Source of the DNA: an uncultured cyanobacterium
GTDB lineage: Bacteria > Cyanobacteriota > Cyanobacteriia > Phormidesmidales > Phormidesmidaceae
Assembly: GCA_963793265.1 (NCBI GenBank)
Contig: CAWBZI010000001.1
Span: 608,001-672,000, forward strand
Direction: 5' to 3'
Length of the DNA: 64,000 nucleotides
The translations under genes and the position numbers were made by a program. Shown here one piece after another: positions 37,820-48,234 of this stretch (position 1 is its first letter; every line of letters begins with the position of its first letter). The notes beneath the pieces were generated by a model. That model was not told the origin of the DNA and searched no databases. It saw nothing but the letters and a program-made list of their open reading frames with translations.

Positions 37820-40609
37820 TTACACCATTTCAGACTGCTTAGCGGCAGGTTGTGGCTGTGGTTGGAACTGGAAGAGGGTGTAGACTACGTTCCGGCGGAT
37901 GCCTGTCATCATATCGAGGAAGACCTCGTAGCCTTCGCTCTTGTATTCGATGAGGGGGTCTTTTTGGCCGTAGCCGCGTAGGCCGACGGTTTCGCGGAGG
38001 GCGTCCATTTGCTGAAGGTGCTCGCGCCAGAGGTTGTCGATTTGCTGGAGGATGAAGAAGCGCTCAGCTTCGCGCATGAGGCCGGGCTTGATCATGTCAA
38101 CCTGCGCTTCTTTGAGGTCGTAGGCGATGCGAACCTGCTCTGCAAGGAAGGTTTTCATTTCACCCATGGAAAGGTTCTCTAGCTGGTCGGGAGTGAGGTC
38201 AGCGAGTAAGTAGATGAACTCTTGGACTTTGCTGACGACGCTGGCGAGATCCCATTCCTCTGAGGGCAGTTCGGGGTTGACATAGGCTTCTACGATGTCG
38301 TCCATCGTTTGCTCGGCGTAGGCTAGCACTAGCTCTTTTAGCTCTTTGCCTTCAAGTACACGGCGGCGCTCGGCGTAGATAGCGCGGCGCTGGTTGTTCA
38401 TTACCTCGTCGTATTCAAAGACTTGCTTACGGATGTCGTAGTAGTAGGTTTCTACTTTCTTTTGTGCGCCTTCGAGCGATCGCGTCAACATCCCCGATTC
38501 GATCGGCATGTCTTCTTCTACGCGGAAAGCATTCATCAGCCCGGCGACGCGATCGCCGCCAAAAATCCGCAGTAGATTATCTTCCAAGCTCAAGAAAAAC
38601 TTCGTCGAACCAGGATCACCCTGACGACCGGCCCTACCTCTAAGCTGATTATCCACCCGGCGAGACTCGTGACGCTCAGTACCAATCACGTGCAGTCCGC
38701 CTAGCTCAATGACACTATCATGAGCGGCTGAGGTAATAACCTCATATTCATCTAGCACACGGTTATAAACGTCTCTGAGCTTTTGAATTACCGGATCGCT
38801 AGTCGGCGCTTTCTCAGCAGCAACTGCAATTTTATCTTCAGCAGCTAGCTCCGAAAGGCTCTGCTCACCATAGGTTTGCGCGGCAAAAGAAACCGCTTCC
38901 TTCAGGGCTTCTTTGGTCTGTGGCGCTAAATCTGTAGGGAAGATCTGTGGCGCAACTTTCCAGGTTTTTGGCTTTTTGCCATCACCGAAGCCTTGAATAG
39001 ACTTTCCATTCTTAGCGGCTGCCACTTGAGCAACGCCAAACTTTTCGTCCTTCTCAGGCTTAACCAGTCGAGGCATGAAGTACTCGCGCACTTTCAGTCT
39101 CGCCATATAGTCAGCGTTACCACCCAAGATGATGTCGGTACCTCGGCCTGCCATGTTGGTGGCGATTGTCACTGAGCCGCTGCGTCCGGCCTGAGCGACG
39201 ATTTCTGATTCGCGCTCTACGTTCTCGGGTTTTGCGTTTAGCAGGTTGTGCTCTACGTTGAGTTCTTTGAGCAAGATGGAGAGGACTTCGGATTTTTCTA
39301 CGCTGGTGGTGCCGACGAGTACCGGGCGACCCGTTTCGTGCATTTCAGCGCATTCTTGGGCGATCGCATTCCACTTCGCGTTCTCAGTTTTATAAACCAC
39401 GTCTGGCAGATCACGCCGCTGCGAAGGGCGGTTTGTTGGAATAATCGTGACTTCCAAGTTGTAAATCTTTTCAAATTCAGCCTCTTCAGTTTTTGCCGTA
39501 CCCGTCATCCCTGAGAGCTTTGGATAGAGCAAAAAGAAGTTCTGGTAGGTAATAGAAGCCAGCGTTTGCGTCTCAGGCTGGATCTCTACGTGCTCTTTGG
39601 CCTCAATCGCCTGGTGCAGGCCATCGCTCCAACGGCGACCGGCCATTACACGTCCGGTAAATTCGTCTACGATCACAACTTCGCTATCGCGAACAATGTA
39701 GTTTACGTCTTTAGTAAATAGTTCCTTTGCCTTAAGCGCATTAAAAATGTAGTGCGCCCAGGGGTCTTTAGGATCGAATAGGTCAGTTACGTTTAGAAGC
39801 TGCTCGGCTTTCTCAAAGCCTTCATCGGTGAGCAGTACGTTGCGGGCTTTCTCATCAACTTCGTAGTCAACCTCATCGCCTTCTAGCTGAGCTGCAACCT
39901 CAGCCGCCTGCGTGTATTTCTCACCGGGGCGCTCTATTTGGCCTGAAATGATTAGAGGCGTCCTTGCCTCATCAACCAGAATTGAGTCCACTTCGTCGAT
40001 GACGCAGAAGTTAAACGGGCGCTGTACAACGTCCGCCATCTGCGTACTCATGTTGTCGCGCAGATAGTCGAAACCAAATTCGCTGTTGGTACCGTAAGTA
40101 ACGTCGCAGGCGTAGTTTCTCTTACGATCAGCGGGACTCATACCCTGCTGAATAAGGCCAACGCTCAAGCCTAAGAAGCGGTGAACCTGACCCATCCACT
40201 CAGCGTCACGCCGGGCTAGGTAGTCGTTTACCGTGACAACGTGAGCGCCTTTGCCTTCAATCGCATTTAGATAGACAGGCAGGGTAGACACCAGGGTCTT
40301 ACCTTCACCTGTTTTCATCTCGGCAATTTGCCCGTCGTGCAGCACCATGCCGCCGAGCATTTGCACGTCGTAGTGGCGCATTCCTAACACGCGCTTACCG
40401 GCTTCGCGTACAACCGCAAACGCTTCGGTCAAAATGTCGTCAGTGTCTTCGCCGTCTTTTAGCCGCTGCCGAAACTCCGCAGTTTTGCCCGTTAGCTCAG
40501 CATCAGAGAGCGCCTGCATTTCTTCTTCGAGCAGGTTGATCTCTTTGATATCGGGCTGGTAGCGCTTGAGCTTACGGGTATTAGGGTCGCCTAAAAGTCT
40601 TTTTAGCAT
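37820..40609 (-). CDS. secA: Preprotein translocase ATPase SecA
   Basis: [52 protein letters not shown]. Confidence 0.98.
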   Translation of the reverse strand: MLKRLLGDPNTRKLKRYQPDIKEINLLEEEMQALSDAELTGKTAEFRQRLKDGEDTDDILTEAFAVVREAGKRVLGMRHYDVQMLGGMVLHDGQIAEMKTGEGKTLVSTLPVYLNAIEGKGAHVVTVNDYLARRDAEWMGQVHRFLGLSVGLIQQGMSPADRKRNYACDVTYGTNSEFGFDYLRDNMSTQMADVVQRPFNFCVIDEVDSILVDEARTPLIISGQIERPGEKYTQAAEVAAQLEGDEVDYEVDEKARNVLLTDEGFEKAEQLLNVTDLFDPKDPWAHYIFNALKAKELFTKDVNYIVRDSEVVIVDEFTGRVMAGRRWSDGLHQAIEAKEHVEIQPETQTLASITYQNFFLLYPKLSGMTGTAKTEEAEFEKIYNLEVTIIPTNRPSQRRDLPDVVYKTENAKWNAIAQECAEMHETGRPVLVGTTSVEKSEVLSILLKELNVEHNLLNAKPENVERESEIVAQAGRSGSVTIATNMAGRGTDIILGGNADYMARLKVREYFMPRLVKPEKDEKFGVAQVAAAKNGKSIQGFGDGKKPKTWKVAPQIFPTDLAPQTKEALKEAVSFAAQTYGEQSLSELAAEDKIAVAAEKAPTSDPVIQKLRDVYNRVLDEYEVITSAAHDSVIELGGLHVIGTERHESRRVDNQLRGRAGRQGDPGSTKFFLSLEDNLLRIFGGDRVAGLMNAFRVEEDMPIESGMLTRSLEGAQKKVETYYYDIRKQVFEYDEVMNNQRRAIYAERRRVLEGKELKELVLAYAEQTMDDIVEAYVNPELPSEEWDLASVVSKVQEFIYLLADLTPDQLENLSMGEMKTFLAEQVRIAYDLKEAQVDMIKPGLMREAERFFILQQIDNLWREHLQQMDALRETVGLRGYGQKDPLIEYKSEGYEVFLDMMTGIRRNVVYTLFQFQPQPQPAAKQSEMV

Positions 40610-40663
40610 GTCAACAGCAAGGAAACGGCGGGCGGATATTATTGTATCTAACTAATCTTATGA

Positions 40664-40851
40664 GCGGGTAAGGCTTCGGTGGAAGAGGGTATTCCGGGCG
40701 GGTTACCCTACAAAGGTTACTGTTAGTACTAACCGTATCCCCTGAAAATGGTACCACCTGAAGGGTTGTGCTGGGGTTACGTAGGGCTGCGCTCGGGCGA
40801 ATTCTTCTATGGCTCGCCAAGTTAGGAGAAAGTCAGGAAAGCCTTACTTTT
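40664..40851 (+). ncRNA. Candidate ~185-nt structured RNA
   Basis: Nested complementary segments closed by GTAAGGCTT/AAGCCTTAC followed by TTTT; TAATCT -10-like hexamer at 40653-40658. Confidence 0.35.
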
Positions 40852-40995
40852 ATAGCAGCAAGGTTTCTGCATAGCCACTATCCTTTACTAGAAAAGTAAA
40901 GGTATTTATTACAAACGCTCAGACTTGAATTCGGCAAGATTTTATCTGGCGTTCTTTTCCACTTCTTATGGAGGCCCAGCCGGGTTATTCGGTTT

Positions 40996-41487
40996 ATGGA
41001 CAGTCGGCATATTCAGTTTCAATACACACAGGTGTTTACGCCCGATCAGCTCACGCAACTGTGCGATTTGTTTAAGCTGGCTGCTTTTTGGGCTACAGAG
41101 AGACGGCCTTCGGAAATGGCACGGGCGATCGCTAACAGCAAACCCGTGGTCACCGCCTGGGACGATGAAAAACTAATCGGCTTCTCACGCGCTACCACCG
41201 ATGGCGTTTTTCGCGCTACGATTTGGGACGTTGTAATCCATCCTGACTACAGAGGCGCAGGGCTCGGTCGCAGACTGGTAGAGACATTAATCGCGCACCC
41301 TCATATGAATAAGGTGGAGCGAACTTATTTGATGACCACTCACCAGCAGAGCTTTTACGAGCGCATTGGGTTTGAAGAAAACAGTACGACGACGATGGTG
41401 CTGCACAATCAACTGATTGCAGAGCGCCTGACAGAAGTCGCGGCAGCTCATGGCATAGCCGTAGAGGTAGGCGTAGAGCGAGGCTAA
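40996..41487 (+). CDS. GNAT family N-acetyltransferase (Ycf52-like)
   Basis: LIGFSRATTDG.FRATIWDVVIHPDYRG.GLGR motif A; FYERIGF. Confidence 0.9.
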   Translation: MDSRHIQFQYTQVFTPDQLTQLCDLFKLAAFWATERRPSEMARAIANSKPVVTAWDDEKLIGFSRATTDGVFRATIWDVVIHPDYRGAGLGRRLVETLIAHPHMNKVERTYLMTTHQQSFYERIGFEENSTTTMVLHNQLIAERLTEVAAAHGIAVEVGVERG

Positions 41488-41494
41488 ACAGTTT

Positions 41495-41746
41495 TTATTC
41501 GCCTGCTTCTTCAGCCTCAATTTTTTCGCGAGAGTCGCCCCAATAAGCGCTATAAATCCATTCTTCGTTGGGGCCTTTGTCTTCGGTGCGCCAGCGGTAG
41601 ATGACGCCTTTGTTGGGGTTGACGCCGACTTCTAGCAGCTTAGCTCCCATGTAGTATTCGGTTTGCTTGAGGGTGCGATCGCGAAAAAACTGACTTTCTC
41701 GCTTAGAAATTGTCTTAGAGATATGAGCCTGGGTAGGTTTTGCCAT
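41495..41746 (-). CDS. Conserved hypothetical protein
   Basis: Compact 83-aa ORF co-oriented with upstream genes (KPTQAH...QTEYYMGAKLLEVG..P..VIYRW). Confidence 0.7.
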   Translation of the reverse strand: MAKPTQAHISKTISKRESQFFRDRTLKQTEYYMGAKLLEVGVNPNKGVIYRWRTEDKGPNEEWIYSAYWGDSREKIEAEEAGE

Positions 41747-41803
41747 GGTTCTAACTACGACCAAAAGTGACCGAAGGGATAGTCAAAAAAATAATTATAT
41801 AGA

Positions 41804-42577
41804 TTAAAGCGCCCACTCCAAATTGATGCCAACTCGGCTGTCGCCTTCATCCGCCGTGCTTTGCCACTCTAGATCGGTTGAGAGCCGTAAATTTCGAGTG
41901 ACTGCGTAGCCAAAGTTTAGCTGGGTAATGCTGAGCCCTTCGCTGTCGCCCACTATCCAGGATTGATCAAGCGTGATGTCGGCTGCGCCTGTGCGAGAAG
42001 GAACAACGCGCAAACGAACGCCGAGGTTTGCGCCGCTCACGCTGTAGTCGCTGGCAGATTTTGCGTAACGGTAGCCGACAGTGGGGGCGACGTTGAAGTA
42101 GCCGCCTAAAGGTAGGACGTAGTAGTGCAGGTCGGTGCCGTAGGCTTGGCGATCGCCCCTAAAATTCTGCTGATAGTCAGCGCTTACCGTCAGCGGCGTA
42201 TTGCCAATAAAAACATCTTCAACACCGACTAAAAAGCCACTCGTACCGTCCGAAGATGGAAAGTAGCTATAACCAGCCTGGAGTCGCGTTACAAAGCTAG
42301 GGTCGTTTCGGATATCGGCTCGAACGTCGGGCACTTTCTCTAGCCAGCGCTGCAAAACCGGACTCTGTTCAATAATCTCTGGCGTGAGGTTCAAAGGCCC
42401 CGTAGGCTCAGCAGATTCGGTAGGATCAGTAGTAGATTCAGCGGGCGTAGCAAGCGCAGGAGAGAATGAAGGTTCTAATGGGTTAGCAAAAGCAGCTGTA
42501 GGGAGAAGGGCGATCGCGCCTACCGTGGCAAAACGCCCTACCGACAGACAACCCATCAAAAGTTTCTGATAATTCAT
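41804..42577 (-). CDS. Exported protein, probable small outer-membrane beta-barrel
   Basis: Signal peptide, SPVLQRWL..VPDV..DIR.DPSF motif, alternating beta strands, terminal INLEWAL. Confidence 0.65.
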   Translation of the reverse strand: MNYQKLLMGCLSVGRFATVGAIALLPTAAFANPLEPSFSPALATPAESTTDPTESAEPTGPLNLTPEIIEQSPVLQRWLEKVPDVRADIRNDPSFVTRLQAGYSYFPSSDGTSGFLVGVEDVFIGNTPLTVSADYQQNFRGDRQAYGTDLHYYVLPLGGYFNVAPTVGYRYAKSASDYSVSGANLGVRLRVVPSRTGAADITLDQSWIVGDSEGLSITQLNFGYAVTRNLRLSTDLEWQSTADEGDSRVGINLEWAL

Positions 42578-42629
42578 GGGCCTAGCCTATCCCGCTCACT
42601 AACAAAAGTCAGCCCGCTAGACCAAAAGC

Positions 42630-43895
42630 CTACAAGAAGGCCATTGGATTTACCGGCTCGCCGCCCTGCCGCACTTCAAAATGGAGGTGAGGGCCAGTAG
42701 AAAGCCCAGTTGTGCCGATTGCCGCAATCACATCGCCTTTCTTCACGGCCTGACCTTCATACACATCTAGCCGACTGGCGTGAGCATAAAGCGTCGTCAC
42801 CCCGCCGCCGTGCTCAAGAATCACCGCATTACCGTAGCCGCCGTACCAGCCTGCATATATCACAACCCCTGTTTCTGCAGCCTGAATCGGACTGCCGTGC
42901 TCAGCGCCAAAGTCAGTACCCGCATGAAAACGGCTGTAGCCCAGTACTGGATGGAACCGACTCCCAAAATTACTGGTGATAGGCCCCTGGCTAGGCATTA
43001 GCATTTTGCCTGAGTTGCGAGCCGCCCGTAGCGCTTCTTCGCGAGCAATCTTGGCATCGGCAGCATTCGCCGCTGCGACGCGCTCTAAAATCAGCGATGT
43101 AATATTGTCGGAGTCTTTGTCTAGCTGTTTGATTGCCGCTGAGAGTGCGCCTCTATTTTCTCGCAGGCGCTCCATCGTCACTGCCTGCTGCTGAAGCTGT
43201 TCGGTGTATTGGGCGCGACTCGCCATAAGCTGCTGGCGGAGTAAGGAGATATCGTTTTTTTGCTGTTCGACGCCTTCTTGCTGCGCCACAATCTCAACGG
43301 ACTGAGCGTCTAAATCAACCAGCGTATCGCGATCAGACATGTAGACTCGTTTTAGCCGATAGCGTCTGTCTAAAAAGCTGTTGAGGTCGCTGCTTTGTAA
43401 AAGTAACGCCCAGCCCTGAGCTGCCTGCTGACGCTGCATGAACTGAAGCCGTCCGACGACAGCGGTGCGAGACTGCTCATACACCTGCTTATTGGCTTCT
43501 AAATCAAGCTCTAGGCGGTTGAGCCTCTCTTCGGCTTCGGCGAGCTGATATTCGGTGTCTGTGATCCAGGCGTCGGTGCCTTGAATGGTTTTAGAAAGAT
43601 CGCGCAGCTTTTTGTTGCCCTGATCTTCTGCCTTTTGATAGCGCTCGTCAGTTTTGCTGTGGGTGTCGAGCTGCTGATCGATTTGGTCGCGTTGCTGGCG
43701 GAGCTGTTCTAGCGTGGGAGGCGATTGGGCCTGCGTGGCTGTTGGCGTGAGTGTGACTGAGACTAGCCAGAGGGCGATTGCGATCGCCACAACAAAACTC
43801 AGATATTTCTGCCAGCGACTTAAATACTTTTGCCAACGGCAATGCAGCAAGACCATTATTTTCTCAAATCCAAGTTTAGAGCGCGCATTTCTCAA
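42630..43895 (-). CDS. M23 family peptidase / EnvC-like murein hydrolase activator with coiled coil
   Basis: Long coiled coil plus HAGTDFG, GGYGN, YAH, STGPHLHFEVR. Start may be 43856. Confidence 0.92.
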   Translation of the reverse strand: MRNARSKLGFEKIMVLLHCRWQKYLSRWQKYLSFVVAIAIALWLVSVTLTPTATQAQSPPTLEQLRQQRDQIDQQLDTHSKTDERYQKAEDQGNKKLRDLSKTIQGTDAWITDTEYQLAEAEERLNRLELDLEANKQVYEQSRTAVVGRLQFMQRQQAAQGWALLLQSSDLNSFLDRRYRLKRVYMSDRDTLVDLDAQSVEIVAQQEGVEQQKNDISLLRQQLMASRAQYTEQLQQQAVTMERLRENRGALSAAIKQLDKDSDNITSLILERVAAANAADAKIAREEALRAARNSGKMLMPSQGPITSNFGSRFHPVLGYSRFHAGTDFGAEHGSPIQAAETGVVIYAGWYGGYGNAVILEHGGGVTTLYAHASRLDVYEGQAVKKGDVIAAIGTTGLSTGPHLHFEVRQGGEPVNPMAFL

Positions 43896-44563
43896 AGCAC
43901 CAAGGCGGTAATTCCAAAGCTCAGAATCAGTATTCCAAAGACTTTAGTTGACCAGCGATTGAACGTTGCTAGCCGTTGCGGCGTGAGTCGATTGCGCAGG
44001 TAAATCACACCTGAGACTAGCACTAACCACCATGCTGCTGAGCCCGTAAATACGCCAGCCACAAGGGTTACAGAAGTTAGCGTGCGCGTTTGCGTAATAC
44101 CTAATCCGGCGAAGATTGCGATGAAAGAGAAGATGGTTGCCGGGTTGGTTAGGGTTAGTCCTAATGTGGAGATGTAGGCGGAGAATGTGGATAGGTTTGG
44201 AGATTTGGGAAGGTCGGGAGATTTGGGGGTTGAGGATGTGCTGCCCGAGACATTCGACAAGTCCGCATCAGAAAAGTCTGTTTTAGAGAAGAAGGTAGTT
44301 AGTCCTAAATAGCAAAGGAATAAGCCACCGATTATTTGTAGATAGTTTGAGTACGTTACTAGCGCGTTAGAAATGGCGCTTAGCCCGAAAGCGGCGACTA
44401 TGCCGTAGAAACCATCGGCAGTCGCCGCGCCTAGCCCGGTTACTAACCCCACCAAACGACCCTGGCTGAGCGTACGGCGGATGCACAGTACGCCAATTGG
44501 GCCGACCGGGGCAGCGATCGCAACTCCCATCAAAACGCCTTTCAACAAAATCAAAATCAGCAC
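43892..44563 (-). CDS. LysE family amino-acid exporter
   Basis: AIAAPVGPIG.LCIRRTL, GLGAATAD, LTLTNPATI; GAGGAGG RBS before GTG 44563. Confidence 0.9.
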   Translation of the reverse strand: MLILILLKGVLMGVAIAAPVGPIGVLCIRRTLSQGRLVGLVTGLGAATADGFYGIVAAFGLSAISNALVTYSNYLQIIGGLFLCYLGLTTFFSKTDFSDADLSNVSGSTSSTPKSPDLPKSPNLSTFSAYISTLGLTLTNPATIFSFIAIFAGLGITQTRTLTSVTLVAGVFTGSAAWWLVLVSGVIYLRNRLTPQRLATFNRWSTKVFGILILSFGITALVL

Positions 44564-44594
44564 AATTTCCTCCTCAAGCTTGCGCATCGAGTAA

Positions 44595-45056
44595 CTAACT
44601 TTTCTCAACCGGCAGCACTACCGCATCTTTCACTGTCGAAAGCGCAATCGTCGTCCGAGTCTGTTGAATGCCTGGCAACGCCTTTAGTCCTTCACTCAAA
44701 AACTGCTCTAAAGCAGCCGTAGAACGACAGCGCACTTTGAGTAGGTAGTCGCTATCGCCTACGACGTGATGGCATGACTGGACGCTGCTGTGCGATCGCA
44801 CATACGCCACAAACCCTTGACGATACTGAGGGTGCTCTAGCGTGACAGCCACAAACGCTGTTAAATCAACCCCCAAAGCCTCCGCACTTAGCCGCGCTGC
44901 ATAGCCAGTGATAATGCCTGCACCTTCTAAGCGACGGACACGATCAGCGATCGCAGGAGCCGACACCCCGAACTGATCGGCCAAAGACGACCACCGCACC
45001 CGACCGTCTTGCATCAACGCCGCCAATATCTTGCGGTCAAGTTCATCAATATCCAT
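44595..45056 (-). CDS. Lrp/AsnC family transcriptional regulator
   Basis: DELDRKIL..L..DGR HTH...RVRRLE..GII.GY; C-terminal AsnC domain (CH.V.GD.DYLLKV). Confidence 0.93.
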   Translation of the reverse strand: MDIDELDRKILAALMQDGRVRWSSLADQFGVSAPAIADRVRRLEGAGIITGYAARLSAEALGVDLTAFVAVTLEHPQYRQGFVAYVRSHSSVQSCHHVVGDSDYLLKVRCRSTAALEQFLSEGLKALPGIQQTRTTIALSTVKDAVVLPVEKS

Positions 45057-45344
45057 AAATCTATTTTTCTAAATCTAAATCACGCTAGATAAATTACTTA
45101 TAGCGCTTAAATTCCTAAAACGGGAAATTAAATAATCTTTATATGAAAAATAGGTTTATATAAAAAGATAAAGGATATGTGATGAAGCCGTTCCATCTCA
45201 TGTAGGAGGGGCGACAATCTGGGTAAATAAGTAGCAGTCGTACCCGTGCATCTGGCACATGGATCGCTGACAAACGTCACAAAATGGTAATGGCAGCAAT
45301 TCATAACTCAGCCAGCGCATCTACCTTTCAACATCCACATATTT

Positions 45345-46787
45345 ATGATCGGGAATCTTACTCAAGCCCTCGAACACATCGATCTCCCCGCCGATTGGAT
45401 TGGCATTAGAGCAAATAAAGAATCAAGTAGCTGGCGAGCGATGCGCGACGGTCGTCCGCAGCAAAACGAAAGAGGACTCAGCCAAGGCGCAATGGTTGAA
45501 GTGCTGGTGCAGGGGCAGTTTGGCTACAGCGCTACTAATCAGCTCACGACAGAAGCCTTGAAAGATGCTGCCAAAAGAGCTTACGAGCAGGCGCTAGAGA
45601 CGAGTCAGTGGGCAATCCATCGATTTACTCAGGCCGTGCGCCCGCAGGTTAAGGGCGAGTACATTTCTCCTTATCAGCAGGCTTTAGACTCGCTAAGCGT
45701 GGGCGATATTAATGACTTGCTGCGTAAGCTTTGCGAGCAGATGAAAGTATCGGATGAGATTGTGCGCACCAGTGCGATCGCGCGTAGTCATGAGGTGGAA
45801 TCCTGGTTTGTCAGCACGAATGGCTCTGAGGTGTACCAAAAGCTGGTGATGTTGGAGAGTCATTTAGGGGCGATCGCACAAGCCCCCGGCGTCACACAGT
45901 CCCGCTCAGACAACGGTTACCTAGCCCGCAGCTATCAAGGCGGCTGGGAGCTAATGTCAGGCTCAGACCTTTGGGATCGCGCTGCTCGAATTGGTACGCA
46001 GGCTGTAGAGCTGCTTAGCGCACCAGATTGTCCTGAAGAGGTGACAACTTTGGTACTCGCGCCCGACCAAATGATGCTTCAGCTTCACGAGAGCGTCGGT
46101 CATCCGCTAGAGCTAGACCGCATTTTAGGAGACGAGCGCAACTATGCAGGCGGCAGCTTCGTACAGCCCAAAGACTTCGGCAGTTTGGTGTACGGTTCGC
46201 CGCTGATGAACGTCACCTTCGACACGACGAAAGCGGGCGAAATTGCTAGCTATGGCTTCGATGACACTGGAACACCTGCCGAGAAACAATATTTGATTCG
46301 CGAAGGCGTTCTACAGCGCGGACTCGGGGGGCTTGAGAGTCAGGCGCGGCTAGATGTGCCTGGTGTTGCCTGCACACGGGCCTGTAGCTGGAACCGTCCG
46401 GCAATCGACCGTATGGCTAACATCAATTTGGAGCCGGGAGACACGGACTTCGAAACGATGATTAGCAGCATCGAATCTGGCGTTTATATGGAATCCAATC
46501 GCTCTTGGTCGATTGATGACCAGCGGCATAAGTTTCAATTTGGCTGTGAATACGCGCGAAAAATCGAAGACGGCAAGCTGACGACGCCGCTCAAAAATCC
46601 TAACTACCGGGCCACGACGCCTCAGTTCTGGGGCAGCTTGGTTCAGATCGGCAACGGTCAAACTTTGGAAACTTACGGTACGCCCTACTGCGGTAAAGGC
46701 GAGCCTAATCAGCTTGTTCGCGTCGGCCACGCATCGCCCGTTTGTGCGTTTGAAAATATTGAAGTTTTTGGAGGCGCTAAAGCATGA
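45345..46787 (+). CDS. tldD: TldD family metalloprotease
   Basis: HESVGHPLELDRI (HExxxH), FDD.G, RMAN, CGKGEP.Q....GH.SP. Confidence 0.9.
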   Translation: MIGNLTQALEHIDLPADWIGIRANKESSSWRAMRDGRPQQNERGLSQGAMVEVLVQGQFGYSATNQLTTEALKDAAKRAYEQALETSQWAIHRFTQAVRPQVKGEYISPYQQALDSLSVGDINDLLRKLCEQMKVSDEIVRTSAIARSHEVESWFVSTNGSEVYQKLVMLESHLGAIAQAPGVTQSRSDNGYLARSYQGGWELMSGSDLWDRAARIGTQAVELLSAPDCPEEVTTLVLAPDQMMLQLHESVGHPLELDRILGDERNYAGGSFVQPKDFGSLVYGSPLMNVTFDTTKAGEIASYGFDDTGTPAEKQYLIREGVLQRGLGGLESQARLDVPGVACTRACSWNRPAIDRMANINLEPGDTDFETMISSIESGVYMESNRSWSIDDQRHKFQFGCEYARKIEDGKLTTPLKNPNYRATTPQFWGSLVQIGNGQTLETYGTPYCGKGEPNQLVRVGHASPVCAFENIEVFGGAKA

Positions 46788-48205
46788 CCTTACGTTCATC
46801 TGAATCCAGCATCAGCACCATTGAGGACGCAAGCAGTTCGGCAGGCGAGCGCTCGCCTTCCTCCTCAGAAGCCACCTTCAACCAAATCGCCGCCGCCATC
46901 AGCACTCAGCTCTCCAATCACCCCAACTGCCACTTCACCCTTTCACTCGCGGGCGAAGACACTCAGTTCACCCGGTTCAACGGTGCCAAGGTTCGTCAGA
47001 GCGGCCAGGTTTGCGACGGGCAGCTTCGGCTGACGCTGATGACGAGCGATCGCACCACCGCCGCCCGAATTCCATTCACCAGCCACTTTGACACAGACTG
47101 GGCGATCGCAAAGCCAACCCTCGACGGCCTGCTAGCGGATCTACCCGAGCTGCCCATCGATCCCTACGTCGTGATTCCTACTAGCGATGACAAGAACAAA
47201 GGTCACAGCCGAGAGGTGCGCAATGGCAAGCTACTTCCTGCAAAAGCAGTTGCCGAAAAGCTCATTGAACCTGTGCAAAAGCTGGATTTTTCAGGCTTAT
47301 ATGCAGGCGGCATCTCGTATCGAGCCTACGCAGATTCAGCCGGGAAACGCCATTGGTTTGAAACGCCTTCCTTCACACTCGACTATTCCTTATTTAATCA
47401 CCGCAACCAGGCCGTAAAAGGCACGGTCGCAGGCAACGTCTGGAATATGTCCGACTATCAGCAAAACATCAGCGCCAGCCAGCAGCAGCTAGAACTGCTC
47501 TCTCGGCCCGTTAAAATAATCTCCAAAGGCGCTTACCGCACCTACTTAGCGCCTGCGGCTGTCGCTGATTTGCTCGAAACTGTTATCTACGGCGGACTGG
47601 GCGAAGCTGATTTGAGACAGGGCAACAGTGCCTTTGAAAAGCTGGAAAAAGGCGACGCGACGCTCTCCGAGAAGTTCTCACTACAAGAAGACTTTCAGCG
47701 CATCAGCGTGCCTCGGTTCAACAGCAATGGTGTTGTTGCCCCTGAGCAGCTATCGATTATTGAGCAAGGGCAGTGGGTTAATTCTCTTGTGAGCGATCGC
47801 AGTGCCAAAGAATACGGCAAGCCTAGCAACGCGGCCAACAGCGGCGAATTCATGCGGGCTCCGACCGTAGCGCCCGGTCAACTGCGCGAAGACCAAATCC
47901 TAGCTCAGCTCGGCACTGGCCTATATCTTTCTAACCTGCACTATCTCAACTGGAGCGATCTCACTGCCGGACGGATCACAGGCATGACCCGCTACGCCTG
48001 CTTTTGGGTAGAAGACGGCGAGATTGTCGCACCCATTGAAAATCTCAGGTTTGACGACAGCTTCTATCGCTTTTTAGGCGAAGGGCTGGTGGCGCTGACC
48101 GAAGGGCAGAGGTTTTTACCGGCAGTCGGGACGTATGATAGGCGCTCGCTTGGCGGCATGTGGATGCCAGGTATGTTGATAGACCAGTTCCGGTATACGC
48201 TGTAG
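46784..48205 (+). CDS. pmbA: TldE/PmbA family protein
   Basis: ATGA-coupled to tldD; TldD/PmbA-like sequence lacking HExxxH; TGMTRYACFWVE.G.I.API.NLRF. Confidence 0.8.
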   Translation: MTLRSSESSISTIEDASSSAGERSPSSSEATFNQIAAAISTQLSNHPNCHFTLSLAGEDTQFTRFNGAKVRQSGQVCDGQLRLTLMTSDRTTAARIPFTSHFDTDWAIAKPTLDGLLADLPELPIDPYVVIPTSDDKNKGHSREVRNGKLLPAKAVAEKLIEPVQKLDFSGLYAGGISYRAYADSAGKRHWFETPSFTLDYSLFNHRNQAVKGTVAGNVWNMSDYQQNISASQQQLELLSRPVKIISKGAYRTYLAPAAVADLLETVIYGGLGEADLRQGNSAFEKLEKGDATLSEKFSLQEDFQRISVPRFNSNGVVAPEQLSIIEQGQWVNSLVSDRSAKEYGKPSNAANSGEFMRAPTVAPGQLREDQILAQLGTGLYLSNLHYLNWSDLTAGRITGMTRYACFWVEDGEIVAPIENLRFDDSFYRFLGEGLVALTEGQRFLPAVGTYDRRSLGGMWMPGMLIDQFRYTL

Positions 48206-48234
48206 CTCCGCCTAGCATTTGCCCTTGAAACTCG

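Noticed and set aside
40611..40820. 69-aa Pro-rich ORF ending 1 nt before secA, considered as a SecM-like arrest leader
   Set aside because: TTG start without RBS, no signal peptide and no RAGP/RAPP motif. A TACAAT -10 candidate on the minus strand (40641-40646) suggests secA has a short leader.
45345..48205. tldD/tldE as part of a RiPP biosynthetic cluster
   Set aside because: No precursor peptide, YcaO, radical SAM or exporter genes adjacent.
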